Shown here: positions 11,101-21,200 of the stretch, piece after piece
How the letters are laid out: every line of letters starts with the position of its first letter
How positions within the stretch are numbered: the first letter of the stretch is position 1
Origin: an uncultured virus (IMG/VR IMGVR_UViG_3300034102_001587)
Lineage: Duplodnaviria > Heunggongvirae > Uroviricota > Caudoviricetes
IMG/VR virus record: IMGVR_UViG_3300034102_001587
Span: 62,001 to 126,000 of that record
Direction: 5' to 3' (one strand)
DNA length: 64,000 nucleotides
The notes under the pieces: model-generated
Databases searched by the model: none
Told to the model about the DNA's origin: nothing
Seen by the model: only the letters and a program-made list of their open reading frames with translations
Program-made: the position numbers and the translations under genes

Positions 11101-11285
11101 CGGCATTTGAAATTACCGAATTGGGTGGTGGTAGAATATTCTTTACCTCTGGTAACCAAGATGGTGACTTTAGAATTGGTACAGGTTTGAGTATTAATCA
11201 GGCAACTGGTACTCTTGTGGGTAGAACATTTAGTAAATCTCTATTCTCACTTGTAACTCCGTTCTCATTGGCACTTCAAATATAA
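2109..11285 (+). CDS. Giant virion structural protein: beta-helix (pectin-lyase-like) region, degenerate cupredoxin-like domain and 15 helical CxRD repeats
   Basis: 3058-aa ORF. LYVSSTDGDDNNDGRS..PLRTIKRAA and IKVQAGTYLED are typical beta-helix cap motifs. It has 15 copies of C-x-R-D-(V/I)G-x-I-x-DA...DLLYGGNERS and ends ...FFTSGNQDGDFRIG. Confidence 0.8.
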   Translation: MARLIPRKQIEEQQDISGSLTVRQDLIVGGSIFSSGSIQIDNDFFLGDSLNDKGEITGSVFVTGSMTIDGNFSIVGDNTLNVTASKSQLAIDTERYAGILAKDFGANLPTLYVSSTDGDDNNDGRSIQYPLRTIKRAAALSQPGYDGRYGFDTGSIYNGYVIKVQAGTYLEDNPVILPKNTTIWGAGLRITKINAKNPTEDLFWVNSGCYVAEVTVGGLRLYPDQINPEKGFGFAFQPGAFITTSPYIQNCSQISNQENSFTELYEDIPPGGGGLYVNGDVINSDSPLASMVLDAYTQISPNGVGCLVNGRGFIQLVSFFNNFSYYAIRVNNGGHATLNNSNISFGLYGMYASGSRLISGSGGFIEGRDKVRQGWSVVVDVLNKGLDGLPDVTTLNTVEGIRVVPTSVATQYYLSGSNAASADVAAEVVADYNLVSEIVQNGVDNYPTLLAKSSIKGYGFTSPYNILGATQITSSQSASLENLNHISASYAALLSIFSDGTGSYIYTSSNEYKIKISDNNPEYPTLVASNAITGSVSSSFSTVISILKTGLTQIPTLVTNTNSYIYRTAAPFSTGISSSLSTINEVSASFSTIYNIIARGTGSNIETIPNNHQQEFTVTNTNSSSYKFIDSEDSTIGENPTIKLFRGLTYKFYISASAAVGGIDYPFWIRTAKVDGIDSRYDYNKGVINNGDSVGTITFTVPYDAPNDLYYVASTNDTLGGAFSVVNSSTTPRYLIENTLTYPETISGSLTPSENTDIINAYEILTGSKSFIQNEVINYISSSWSEFYYNQETCKRDVGYIIDAVALDLLYGGNDRSITAGRFYYEIPSQATNTQKSQTLDGVKYAARLSENLLKNKTFVEPSIAVLDSVEAITGSKQFIKDEVITFLSSSWSNFDYNEASCSRDVGYILDAVTTDLLYGGNERSIEAGTFYYLYPSQATGYQLDQTTTAIKYAYGLVDNIIKKNTLVLPSTSSKAAYNLLKQNKELIQNETIQFINVAYPQLTYNESKCRRDVGYIVDAVATDLLYGGNERSITAGRYYYDYPSVATSIQKRETIGGIKYAKIIGDYIAQNILLDTPRIITNVEKGIKITNQIHYSSSFSGSITEQNSISSSFSIIEGVIKRGPNNVNSVLAQHNNQNWSLTNPINISGGTQITSTTSSANLTSSLESKFGIVTTIINSGSSYYPAISSSYSSSIKVTNNGQYTGSVATSVEATAISSSFALVSRIISNGTGSLPSIVLNTSASIKVTNATQYSGSGATDTQSSLVSSSFSIVTKIIEGGLGVVPTMVLNSAGNVKVTSTPQYISSSFSGSNVEALLVSQSISLVCDIISGVNQYTNSLSLPTSSYVVASNDINVYYAYNLLKQNINFIKDETIAYLSASWYGFSYDQEKCKRDVGLIVSGAAEDLLFGSLSASLVNGRFYLEYPSAATGSQLNQTIDGIKFASKLAQKVIKNTQLSLPTFDVLNASNLLFENRHFVQSESIAYLSSSWGEFEYNDQTCKRDIGHIIDAARTDLIYGGNERAITAGKYYFLYPSAATGSQLIQTLDGINYASKVSQKVVKNIIFETASINKRNASFLLEKNKNFIANEVVAYVSSSWSTVYYNEAKCKRDVKYIIDAVRTDLVYGGNERSITAGKFYYIYPSSATIGGVPSATNQLDPTITGIHYGSGLSQKIVLGDVFVTASNEAKNVNNLLKQNRSLIRTETIEYIRAFYPYLLYNEASCSRDVGFILDSVGTDILYGGNERSAASGLYYYKFPSLATTSAQKKETIDAINYVKEVAKRVVTNDVLDTVTFETNTTNNIKVGNVAQYTSSYSASQSQISNVSSSFSLVTQIIEGGLDVIPTKVTNTNAAIKVTSEIIVSSSISASNLEVGKTTSSFNLIRDIIYNGSASLPDSLVSNFNYGFELIPPTLWHISSITQSLGSGTYNTQVSNVSSSYANIINIVNNGTASLQTLVANASSSIKTTSAVYNQLGSGSTNEVNRIVNLYNIVLDIIEDGITKIPTLISNTSASIKVTTTPQIISGSGAQRLQAKLISSSFALVVDLLQNNGTSSIEYIPTSSANTNSKVTSAYNLLLDNKQMIIDETISYMSSSWSTFVYDQSKCERDLGLIISGAAFDLIYGSNSASLVNGKYYFESASAATGSQLDQTITAIKYASGISEKVVQNIVLQHISSSLLQPASSSWSALRANKHFIQSESIAYLSSSWQGFDYNETTCKRDIGYIVDAVATDLLYGGNERSLVAGRYYYDYPSQATDSQLEPTLTGVRYAKGLSRMIVSGSSFVSPDSNNQYAYNLVKNNKTFIQEETVAFVNAKWPDLDYIESKCKRDVGYIVDAVATDLLYGGNERSNKAGEFYYLYPSLAITSEQKSETTQAIDYARRLTGEIINSNLISTPQVIPNGSASTDPNVLATYDLLINNKPFIQAETIAYVSSSWVGFQYNEASCSRDVGFIIDAVATDILYSGNESSANAGIVYFLTASAATGSQLEQTVSAIDFAKGLAVNVIQNIQFTTASQSVSASVELLRRNREFIQEETMQYLTASWSTFDYNKEKCRRDVGHIVDGVATDLLYGGNERSIESGEFYYKYPSQATTTQLRQTNEAIDFASRISQKIIQNIVFQTASLEVSASFDLLRKNKPLIQAETIAYVSSSWSTVYYNEASCSRDVGYLIDAAATDLLYGGKERSVTAGLYYYYFPSKATVAGVPSESNQLDPTITGVKYAGRLSTKIITNPTFTSPTSSYLNGRELLSLNKNFIQKETITFLSSSWSTLKYNEVSCSRDIGFIIDAIKTDLVYGGNERSIEAGSYYYKIPSVAIKPSYTDNGTIGQKNQTVDGINYAKGVSEKIVLQTQLTFATQRRRQSVERLRGAKDELKQRAISYTNGAFPYLIYNEASCSRDTGLIVDAVATDLLYGGNERSVAAASSYFNGQFGNAGEVIFKQRLETLETNRYLRTRAEFIAAGASLEPFGSLIVATGIDYSYNGSGVTFKALPPNQGGSGAANPAFEITELGGGRIFFTSGNQDGDFRIGTGLSINQATGTLVGRTFSKSLFSLVTPFSLALQI
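4400..10960 (+). repeat. 15 protein-level repeats of ~108 aa (often ~324-nt spacing), in clusters separated by Ser/Thr-rich spacers
   Basis: Counted in the translation; first Cys codon at 4488-4490, last at 10779-10781. Confidence 0.9.
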
Positions 11286-11301
11286 AATGAAATAAAAGAA
11301 A

Positions 11302-12225
11302 ATGGCAAATGTATTTGTACCGTTAAACCGATTTCAGTCAGTAGTAACAAATCTGACTGGTGAAGAAGACCAAATTTATACAACACCGCAAGGAGTTTCA
11401 ACTATTGTGTTGTCTGCTCAAATAACTAATAATAGTTTAGTAAATCAACCTGTAACTATATTTGTAACATCAAATGCAGAATTACCTGTACCAAATTTTG
11501 AAAATATTTGGAATGGCTCTAATTTTATAAGTGCATCTGTTTCTTTATCAAATTATTCTGGTAGTTTTGCAAGTGCATCATCTTTATTAACTTTGAATAG
11601 ACAATTCATAAGAAAAGAAACCGCAGCATACATTAGTTTCTTAAATAATGAAACTGAAACACCATTTTCATTTACATCTTCTAGATTTGAAGGATATGCT
11701 TTAGATGCAACAGATGCATCTGCATATGATATGAAAAATAAAACAATAATAAGAACTACAAAAAATACAAAATCTTTTTATACAAAAAATGGTGTAAATA
11801 TAATTAAATCAATATATCCCGAAGAATATTCTTCATCTTTATTTACTTTAGATTATGTAAAAACTTTAGCTGGACAAATTATAAAAAACCAATCAGTAAC
11901 AGGCTCAACTTCAGTACAAAGATTATATCAAACAACTTTTACTCAATCATTTAATTCAGATTATGCTTTATCTGGTCAAAATTATTCATCATCTTTATAT
12001 GTAATAAATGAATTAATTAATGTTACAAAAGCAACAATTGAAGAACCAACTCTTGTTGCACAAAATCCAATACAATTGGTAACTAATGTTATAGTACCGC
12101 CTGCAGATTCTTTATCGCCTGTTGTGGCCGGTAAATTAGTATTGGAAGAAACGTATGGATTTGTAGTTTCAGGCTCAACTGATTTGACTGTAATCCTCTC
12201 ACTGCTTGAAAGTGCTAACGAATAA
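11302..12225 (+). CDS. Virion protein; paralog of 27669..28001 with a ~190-aa insertion
   Basis: 307-aa ORF. N-terminal YTTPQGVSTIVLSAQITN and C-terminal KLVLEE...VILSLLES match the 110-aa protein. Confidence 0.75.
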   Translation: MANVFVPLNRFQSVVTNLTGEEDQIYTTPQGVSTIVLSAQITNNSLVNQPVTIFVTSNAELPVPNFENIWNGSNFISASVSLSNYSGSFASASSLLTLNRQFIRKETAAYISFLNNETETPFSFTSSRFEGYALDATDASAYDMKNKTIIRTTKNTKSFYTKNGVNIIKSIYPEEYSSSLFTLDYVKTLAGQIIKNQSVTGSTSVQRLYQTTFTQSFNSDYALSGQNYSSSLYVINELINVTKATIEEPTLVAQNPIQLVTNVIVPPADSLSPVVAGKLVLEETYGFVVSGSTDLTVILSLLESANE

Positions 12226-12245
12226 GGGATATTATCTTTGCGTAA

Positions 12246-12273
12246 TATTTATAGAGGATTCATCATATTTATA
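12246..12273 (+). promoter_or_regulatory. Two TATTTATA candidate late-promoter motifs; a lone TATCTTTG (TAnnTTTG-type) element lies at 12233-12240
   Basis: TATTTATA at 12246-12253 and 12266-12273, ~20 nt before ATG 12294. The same motif recurs in other intergenic gaps. Confidence 0.55.
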
Positions 12274-12293
12274 AAAAAGCTGAAAAACTACGG

Positions 12294-15200
12294 ATGGCAA
12301 TTAGTAATCTATTATCAGGAAGGGTCAGGTTAAAAGGTCCAAAAAATGTTACCGCAGATAGGTACGAATTTGTGGATTTATCACAAGTCGAGCCCAATCT
12401 TGGGGTTCCTGATTTCCCAGCTTCGTTTGATAGTGGTTCTGTAGGTATATTAGCATCAGATAGTGATGGTAATAGACGATTTATTAAAGATATTAAAATT
12501 GACACCGCTCAGGGTAATTTTACAGGATCTTTTAGTGGAAGTGCGTTATTAAGTGGCCTGTTCACAGGATCTTTCACTGGTTCTTTTAGTGGAGATGGTT
12601 CTCTATTAACAAATATACCAGCAGTTGTAGCACCAAAGATAGCAAGTGGTTCAGCAACCGCATCTATTTCTCCTGATAAAGGATTAGCAGTAAATACATT
12701 TACAACTATTAATGGTAATTTAACAGTTACTGGTTCGGCTAGAATTACTGAAGATTTAATTGTTGAAAATTCAATATATGCTGAACAATTAATAGTTTCA
12801 TATATATCATCTTCGGTAATATATTCATCGGGTTCTAATAAATTTGGTGATGAAGAAACGGATAAGCAAGAATTTACTGGTTCTGTTGAAGTAAGAGATA
12901 GATTGAGTACTAATCAACTTACAGCATCTTCTGCGATAGGTTCATTTACAGGTTCATTTTTTGGTGATGGTAGAGATTTAATAAATGTACAATCTGCAAT
13001 AGAATCTGCAATATTAGCAAGTGGTTCGGTAACCGCTTCTGTAGTTGGAGACCTTCTTATAATTAATGCACAAAGTGCATCTTTTTTAGGTGGAGTACAA
13101 ATTACAGGTAGTTTACGTTTAACAACTGGTTCTGTTATAGTAGAATCTGGTTCTATTATTAGTAGAACTGCCACAATAGATAGTTTAACAGTATCATCTG
13201 CATCCGGTTCATTTACTGGTTCTTTTAGTGGAGATGGTTCTCAATTAACAAATGTACCATCAACAGTAGCACCTAGAATAGCTAGTGGTTCGGCAACAGC
13301 TTCAATAGCACCTAATACGGGTTTATTAGTTAATACGGGTGTAACAATAAAAGATTTTTTAATAGTAACTGGTTCAGCTGAATTCAAATCAACTGTATCG
13401 GCATCTATGTTTACTGGTAGTGGTGCTGGTTTATTTGATATTCCATTAAACGCATTAGCTCAAGAAGCATTTAGAATAGCAAGTGGTAGTGTAACTGCTT
13501 CGGTTTCCCCAAATAGAGGATTTGAAGTAATTTCAGCAACATCAAATTTTTCAGGATCTGTTTCTGCATCCGTTTTTAGTGGTAGTGGTGAAGGTCTTTT
13601 TAATATACCATTAGCTGCATTTACTCAAGAAGTATTTAGAATAGCAAGTGGTAGTGTAACTGCTTCGGTAAGTCCTGATGAAGGATTTAGAGTGCAATCT
13701 TTGGATAGTGGTTCTCAATTTACGGGAAGTGTTTCTATAAGTGGTAGCTTATTTGTAAATGCTGAAAGTGGTTCATTACAATTAGCATCTGGCTCCGCAT
13801 ACTATGGAGAAGGTACATACTTAAGAAACATACCTCGTTCAGCACTTACTGAAGATGCTTTATTATCAACTGAAATTAAATCAGGTTCAGTTACAGCTTC
13901 AGTTTCTCCTGATTTTGGATTTAGAGTAATATCACAGGATAGTGGTTCTCAAATAACTGGTTCGGTAAGAATAACTGGTAGCCTTTATGTAGAAAGTGGT
14001 TCATTCTTTTATGGTGACGGTAGTGGATTGACAAACATTTCATTAGCAAATTTATCCATAGATTCTACAAAAATATTTAGTGGTTCAGCAACAGCATCAA
14101 TAGCACCTGATAACGGATTTGTTGTAAATGTAGATAGTAGAATAACAGGTAGCTTATTTGTATCAGAATCGATATTTGCAAGATTTTTTGTTGGAGATGG
14201 TTCACAATTAACAAATGTACCATCAACAGTAGCACCTAGAATAGCTAGTGGTAGTGTAACAGCATCTGTATCACCAAACTTTGGATTTAGAGTGGAATCA
14301 TTAGAAAGTGGTTCTCAATTTACAGGTTCAATAAATGTAAGTGGTAGTATTTCAATCCCTTCTGGTAGTGGATTTTTCTCTGGTAGTGGTGAAGGATTGT
14401 TTAATATCCCACAAGCGGCTCTTTCATTTGAAATTAATAGAATAGCAAGTGGTTCTGCAACTGCTTCAATAGCACCTAATACTGGTTTGTTGGTAAATAC
14501 TGGTGTTACGATAAGAGATTTTCTAATTGTAACAGGCTCATCTATATTAAACAAAGTATCAGCATCATTCTTTAGTGGTAGTGGTAGAGATTTATTTGAT
14601 ATTCCACAATCTGCTTTATCTTTTGAAATTACTAAAATTTCAACAGGAAGTGTAACAGCATCTGTATCACCTGAATTTGGATTTAAAGTTGAATCTTTAG
14701 CAAGTGGTTCGGAATTTACAGGTTCAATTGATGTAAGTGGTAGTATATTCATACCAAAAGGTGCTGGATTTTTCTCTGGTAGTGGTATTGGATTATTTGA
14801 TATTCCACAATCTGCATTAGCTTTTGAAATCACTAAAATATCAAGTGGTAGTGTAACTGCTTCGGTTTCTCCTGATTTTGGTTTTAAAGTAGAATCATTA
14901 GAGAGCGGTTCTCAATTTACGGGTTCGTTAATTGTAAGCGGAAACATACAGGTAGCAACTGGTTCATTTTTTAGTGGTAGTGGTAGAGGATTATTAGATA
15001 TTCCTCGTTCAGCATTAGCACCGGATGCATTAGTTTCTAATTTAATAGCAAGTGGAAGCGCAACAGCTTCTATATCTTCGGAAAGAGGATTGGAAATAAA
15101 TACAAATGTAGTATTATCGGCATCTGTATTTTATTCTGGTAGTGGTGCTGGGTTATTTAATATACCATTAAATGCATTAGCAAATGAGGCATTTAGAATA

Positions 15201-18200
15201 GCAACAGGAAGTATTACAGCTTCTGTTTCATTGGATAAAGGATTTGTAGTTGATTCCGCATTGAGTGGTTCTGAATTTACTGGTTCAGTTGAAATAAGTG
15301 GTTCGTTAAGTGCATCATTGTTTAGAGGTGATGGTGGTGGATTATTTAATATTCCATTCTCAGCATTTACTGGAGATGTTCCAAGAATTGCTAGTGGAAG
15401 TGTGACAGCATCCGTATCACCTGAAGTTGGATTTAAAGTAATTTCAGCACTTAGTGGTTCTGAATTTACTGGTTCAATAGACGTAAGTGGTAGTGTGAGT
15501 ATAATAAGTGGTTCTTACTTTATTGGCGATGGTAGATATATCAATAATATTCAGTTAAGTGAATTAGCCGGGAAATCTTACTTATTAGAAAGTGCAAGTT
15601 TTTCAGCATCGTTTATATTAGGAACTGGTTTAGTTGTAAACACTTTAGTATCTGCTTCTAAATTTAGTGGTAGTGGTGCTGGATTATTTGATATTCCATT
15701 ATCAGCATTAGCAACTGAAGCATTTAGAATAGCAAGTGGCTCGGCAACTGCTTCAATATCACCGCAAAAAGGATTTGAAGTAACTACATTTACTACAATA
15801 AATGGATATTTGTTTGTAACAAATTCTATTACAACAATAGAAGATGTTAAAGCACTTGGTATAATGACCGCTTCATTATTTAGAGGTGATGGTAGTGGAT
15901 TATTCAATTTACAAATTGAGCAAGCATCTAAATTAGTTTCTGGTTCAGTAACAGCATCCGTAAGTCCTAATGTTGGATTTTATGTTAATTCAAATGCAAC
16001 AATTGAGGGTGGATTATATGTATCTGCTTCTTCTAAATTGCAAGGATTGGAAGTTACTGGTTCTGTTGGGGTTAAAGGTAGTCAACGTATAACTAATGAT
16101 TTATATGTTGATGGAAAAATAGTAACAACTGAATTAATTGCAGAATATATTTCATCTTCAATAATTTACTCTTCTGGTTCAAACAAATTTGGTGACAGCG
16201 CTACCGATAAGCAAGAAGTAACTGGAAGTTTGGAAGTTAAAGGTGATATTAGAGTAGCATCTGGTTCTTCATTTAGTGGTAGTGGTGCACAATTATTTGA
16301 TATACCACAATCTGCATTAGCTTTCGAAATTAATAGAATAGCAAGTGGTTCAGCAACCGCATCTATTTCTCCTGATTTTGGTTTAGAAGTAAATACCGTA
16401 GTATCCGCATCAGCATTTAGTGGTAGTGGTAGAGATTTATTTAATATTCCTATATCAGCATTTTCTCAAGAAGTATTTAGAATTGCTAGTGGTAGTGCAA
16501 CTGCATCGGTATCTCCTGATTTTGGATTTAAAGTAGAATCATTAGCAAGTGGTTCGCAATTTACAGGTTCATTAATTGTAAGCGGAAATATACAAGCTGC
16601 AACTGGTTCATTCTTTAGTGGTAGTGGTGCTGGCTTAAAAGATATACCTCGTTCAGCATTATCATTCGAATTAACATCAATAGCAACGGGTTCTGTAACA
16701 GCGTCTGTTACACCTGAATTTGGATTTAGAGTGGAATCTTTGGGTAGTGGCTCTCAATTCACAGGTTCTGTAATTGTTAGTGGTATCGTTCAAGTAGCAA
16801 CAGGTTCATTCTTTAGTGGTAGTGGTGCTGGCTTAAAAGATATACCTCGTTCAGCACTTACCGAAGATGCATTGGTTACAACGGAAATAAAATCCGGTTC
16901 AGTAACAGCATCTGTAAGTCCTGATTTTGGATTTAAAGTAGAATCATTAGCAAGTGGTTCGCAATTTACAGGTTCGGTTAATATTAGTGGTAGTTTATTT
17001 GTAAATCCTTATAGTGGTTCATTACAATTAGCAACAGGTTCTTCTTATTATGGAGAAGGTAGATACCTAAGAGAAATTCCAAAGTCAGCAATATCTGATT
17101 TAGATACATCATTAATATTCTCTGGTTCAGCAACTGCATCCATATCGCCGGCTCAAGGATTTAGAGTAAATACTTTTTCAACATTCTTATTTCCAGTATC
17201 CGCTTCAATGTTTACTGGTAGTGGTGCTGGTTTATATGATATACCTCGTTCCGCATTTACGGGAGATTCATTCCGTATAGCAAGTGGTAGTGTAACGGCA
17301 TCCGTATCACCAACCGAAGGTTTTAGAGTAGAATCATCTGAGTTTGGCTCACAAATTACAGGTTCATTATTTGTAAGTGGAGCAAAAGGAATTGAATTAT
17401 CTTCTGGTTCTTCATTTAGTGGTAGTGGTGAACGATTATTTGATATTCCAAAAACAGCAATTAAAGACTTAGACCTTTCCAAAATATTTAGTGGTTCAGC
17501 AACAGCATCAATATCTCCTGATAAAGGTTTAGAAGTAAATGTTAATATTGTTCTTTCATCATCAGTATTTTATTCTGGTAGTGGTATTGGACTATTTGAT
17601 ATTCCACAATCTGCACTAAGTGGTGATGCCTTTAGAATAGCAAGTGGAAGTGCAACTGCCTCAATATCCCCAACCAAAGGATTTGAAGTAAATACATTCT
17701 CAAAAATTACAGGAAGTTTATTAGTATCTGCATCTAACACATTAATTTATAGTGGAAGTGCATTGGGTGAAGAATTTAGAACATTTAATGTTAGTAATAA
17801 TGGTGCTAGTGCATATACATTTAGTGGAGCAGCAACAGGTTCAAATCCAACATTAACATTACTAAGAGGGGCAACTTATACATTTAATGTAAATGCAAGT
17901 GGACATCCTTTCTGGATAAAAACTATACAGGTTTCTGGACCAACCAATTCATATAACGATGGGGTAATAAATAATGGTGATGATGTGGGTGTTATTACGT
18001 TCACTCCACCATCTGGCTCTCCATCTACATTATATTATATTTGCCAATTCCATTCCGGAATGAGTGGAATAATGAATTTAACCGATGCTTTAGTAATTGA
18101 TGAAGGTAGACTTGATTTTATAGGTAATACAAAAATAACAGGAAGTCTAAGTGTTTCATCTTATGTTTCTGCTTCAATGTTTACTGGTAGCGGTAAAGGA

Positions 18201-21200
18201 CTTTATGATATTCCAATTTCCGCACTTGCACAAGATGTATTCAGAATAGCTAGTGGTTCAGCAACAGCATCAATTTCTCCTGATAAAGGATTGGAAGTTA
18301 ATACTGTAGTTTCGGCATCGGCATTTAGTGGTAGTGGTAGAGATTTGAGAGATATTCCTTTTTCAAATTTAACTGGAGATGCATCTAGAATAGCAAGTGG
18401 TAGTGTTACTGCATCAGTATCGCCAAATTTTGGATTTTTAGTCAATGCAGATGCACAAATTAGTGGTGGATTATTTGTATCACAATCTTCTATACTAACA
18501 AACTTAGATGTAATTGGATATGTTGGTATAACTGGTTCGGCAAATATACAAAATGACCTTTATGTAGGTGGAAAAATAGTAACAACTGAGTTATTTGCAC
18601 AATATATTTCTTCATCAATAATTTATTCATCTGGTTCTAATAAATTTGGTGATAGTGAAAGTGATAAGCAAGAGATTAGTGGTTCATTATTCATTAGTGG
18701 TGGATATGGTGGTGTTGTTCAATTAGAAACTGGTTCATACTTTAGTGGTAGTGGTAAAGGATTATTTGAAATACCATTCTCTAATTTAACAGGAGATGCA
18801 TTTAGAATAGCAAGTGGTAGTGTAACCGCATCTGTAAGTCCTGCATATGGATTTAGAGTAGAATCAATAGATAGTGGTTCTGATTTCTTTGGTGATGTTA
18901 GAATTGATGGTGACCTTTTAGTAAGTGGTGCACAATTCCAAAATAATGTAGATATAAATGGTGAGTTAAGAGTAACTGGTTCATTGATAGTTTCATCATC
19001 ATCTACATTTAGAAACATAGGACCGGCACAATTTAGTGGTAGCTTATTCGTAACTGGTGGTAATGTTGTTGTTGAAAGTGGTTCATCTTTTATTGGTGAT
19101 GGTACTTTTATAACAAACATTCAATTTGCAAGTTCTTCAATAGAATCATTAAGATTATCAAGCGGTTCTGTAACAGCTTCAGTAAGTCCTGATGGATTTA
19201 TTGTAAATACACCATTTACAGGTGGATTAATTGGTTCTCAATTTACTGGTAGTGTTGGTGTTAGCGGTTCATTATATGTTACTAACTTTATTTATGGTGA
19301 TGGTACATTCTTAACAAACGTAACGGCACAAGCTGCACCAAGAATTCAAAGTGGTTCGGTAACGGCATCCGTTTCACCAAACTTTGGATTTAGAGTAGAA
19401 ACATTAGCAACGGGTTCTCAAATTGGTTCTCAATTTACTGGTTCAATAGACGTAAGTGGTAGTGTTACTGCACAATTCCTTATTGGTGATGGTACATTTA
19501 TTACAAACGTAACGGCACAAGCGGCACCAAGAATTTCAAGTGGTAGTGTAACAGCATCTGTATCACCAAACTTTGGATTTAGAGTACAAACAACAGCAAC
19601 AGGTTCTCAAATCGGTTCTCAGTTTACGGGTTCAATAGACGTAAGTGGTAGTGTTACTGCTTTTGCCTTTATTGGTGATGGTTCTCAAATTACAAACGTA
19701 CAAGCTGCAGCAGCACCAAGAATTCAAAGTGGTTCGGTAACTGCATCGGTAGCACCAAATCAAGGATTTATAGTAACTTCAATAGAAAGTGGTTCGTTCT
19801 TCTTTGGTGATGTTAGGGTAGCATCTGGTTCAGTATTTAGTGGTAGTGGTGCACAATTATTTGATATTCCACTATCAGCTTTAGAAGATTTACAATTAGA
19901 TAGAATTCAATCTGGTTCTGGTAGAGCAATACAATCTCCGGATACATTAGAAGTAAACACACCAATTACAGCAGCACTTTATCGTGGTGATGGTGGTGGA
20001 TTATTTAATATCCCAGCAAACGCTCTACAAGACCTTAAATTAGATAGAATTGAATCAGGTTCTGCGAGAGCAGTTATTTCTCCAACTTTATTGGATATTA
20101 ATACAAATACTAGAATTCACTCTGGTTCGTTAACTGTAAGTGGAAGTATATTTGTTAGTGGTGGAAATGTAATAGCTCAATCAGGTTCTATATTCATTGG
20201 TGATGGTAGTGGATTAAATAATATTACAATTGCTAATTTAGCATTTGATGCATTCTTATTAAAGAGTGGTTCGTTTACCGCATCAATTTCGCCGGATAAA
20301 GGGTTTGTAGTAAATACATCGGCATCTATTTGGGGCAACTTATATGTTGGAAATACGATTACAGCATCCAACACAATAAAAGCACATTTATTTACAGGTT
20401 CATTCTTAGGAACATATAATTTCCAAGGAGTAGGGCCTACCGCATCCGCAGAATACGATATTTTAAGATATAATACAACTCAAGGATATTTTATACCTCA
20501 ACCTGAATCATCATTAACTGAAACTGTAGCATTTAGTAATGTAAGTGATTTAACAATTGTACATAATTTGGATATTTTGTATCCAATGGTTCAGGTTTAC
20601 GCAACTGGTTCTGAAGACCAAATATTACCTGGTACAATTAAATCAATTGATAAAAATACAATAAATATTAAATTTGCTGGAGTAACTTCTGGACATGTTG
20701 TAATTGGTAGTGGTGGTTCTCTAATTAGTGGTACTATAAATGGTGATAGAGTATTTGGAACTGTACTTTCCGCATCTCATGCAATATTTGCTGATAGTGC
20801 TGGTAATGTTGCAGGATTTGATTCGGCTTCATTAGCATTCTTATCATCTTCTATTACAAATCTTAATTTAGCAGATTATGTAAAGAATGACCAGACATCA
20901 TCAATGACGGTGTTAAGTGCATCTTACGCACTTTCTTCATCTTACGCTTTATTTGCAGCAAATGCGGCAAATGTTGATACATCATTGTTTGTTCAGGCCT
21001 CACAAACTGCATCAATGACTGTTGGTACTGCATCATTTGCAGTAACATCATCTTATTCATATTTTGCAGAAACATCATCTTACGCATTATTTGCACAAAA
21101 TGCATCAAATGTAGATACATCAAACTTTGTTCTTAATTCACAAACAGCATCAATGACTGTTGGTACTGCTTCATTAGCATTTACCGCATCATATGCATTG

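Noticed and set aside
255..20374. Short minus-strand ORFs in the track overlapping the structural genes
   Set aside because: They lie within long + strand genes and have no recognisable motifs; treated as spurious, as are similar ones later in the window.
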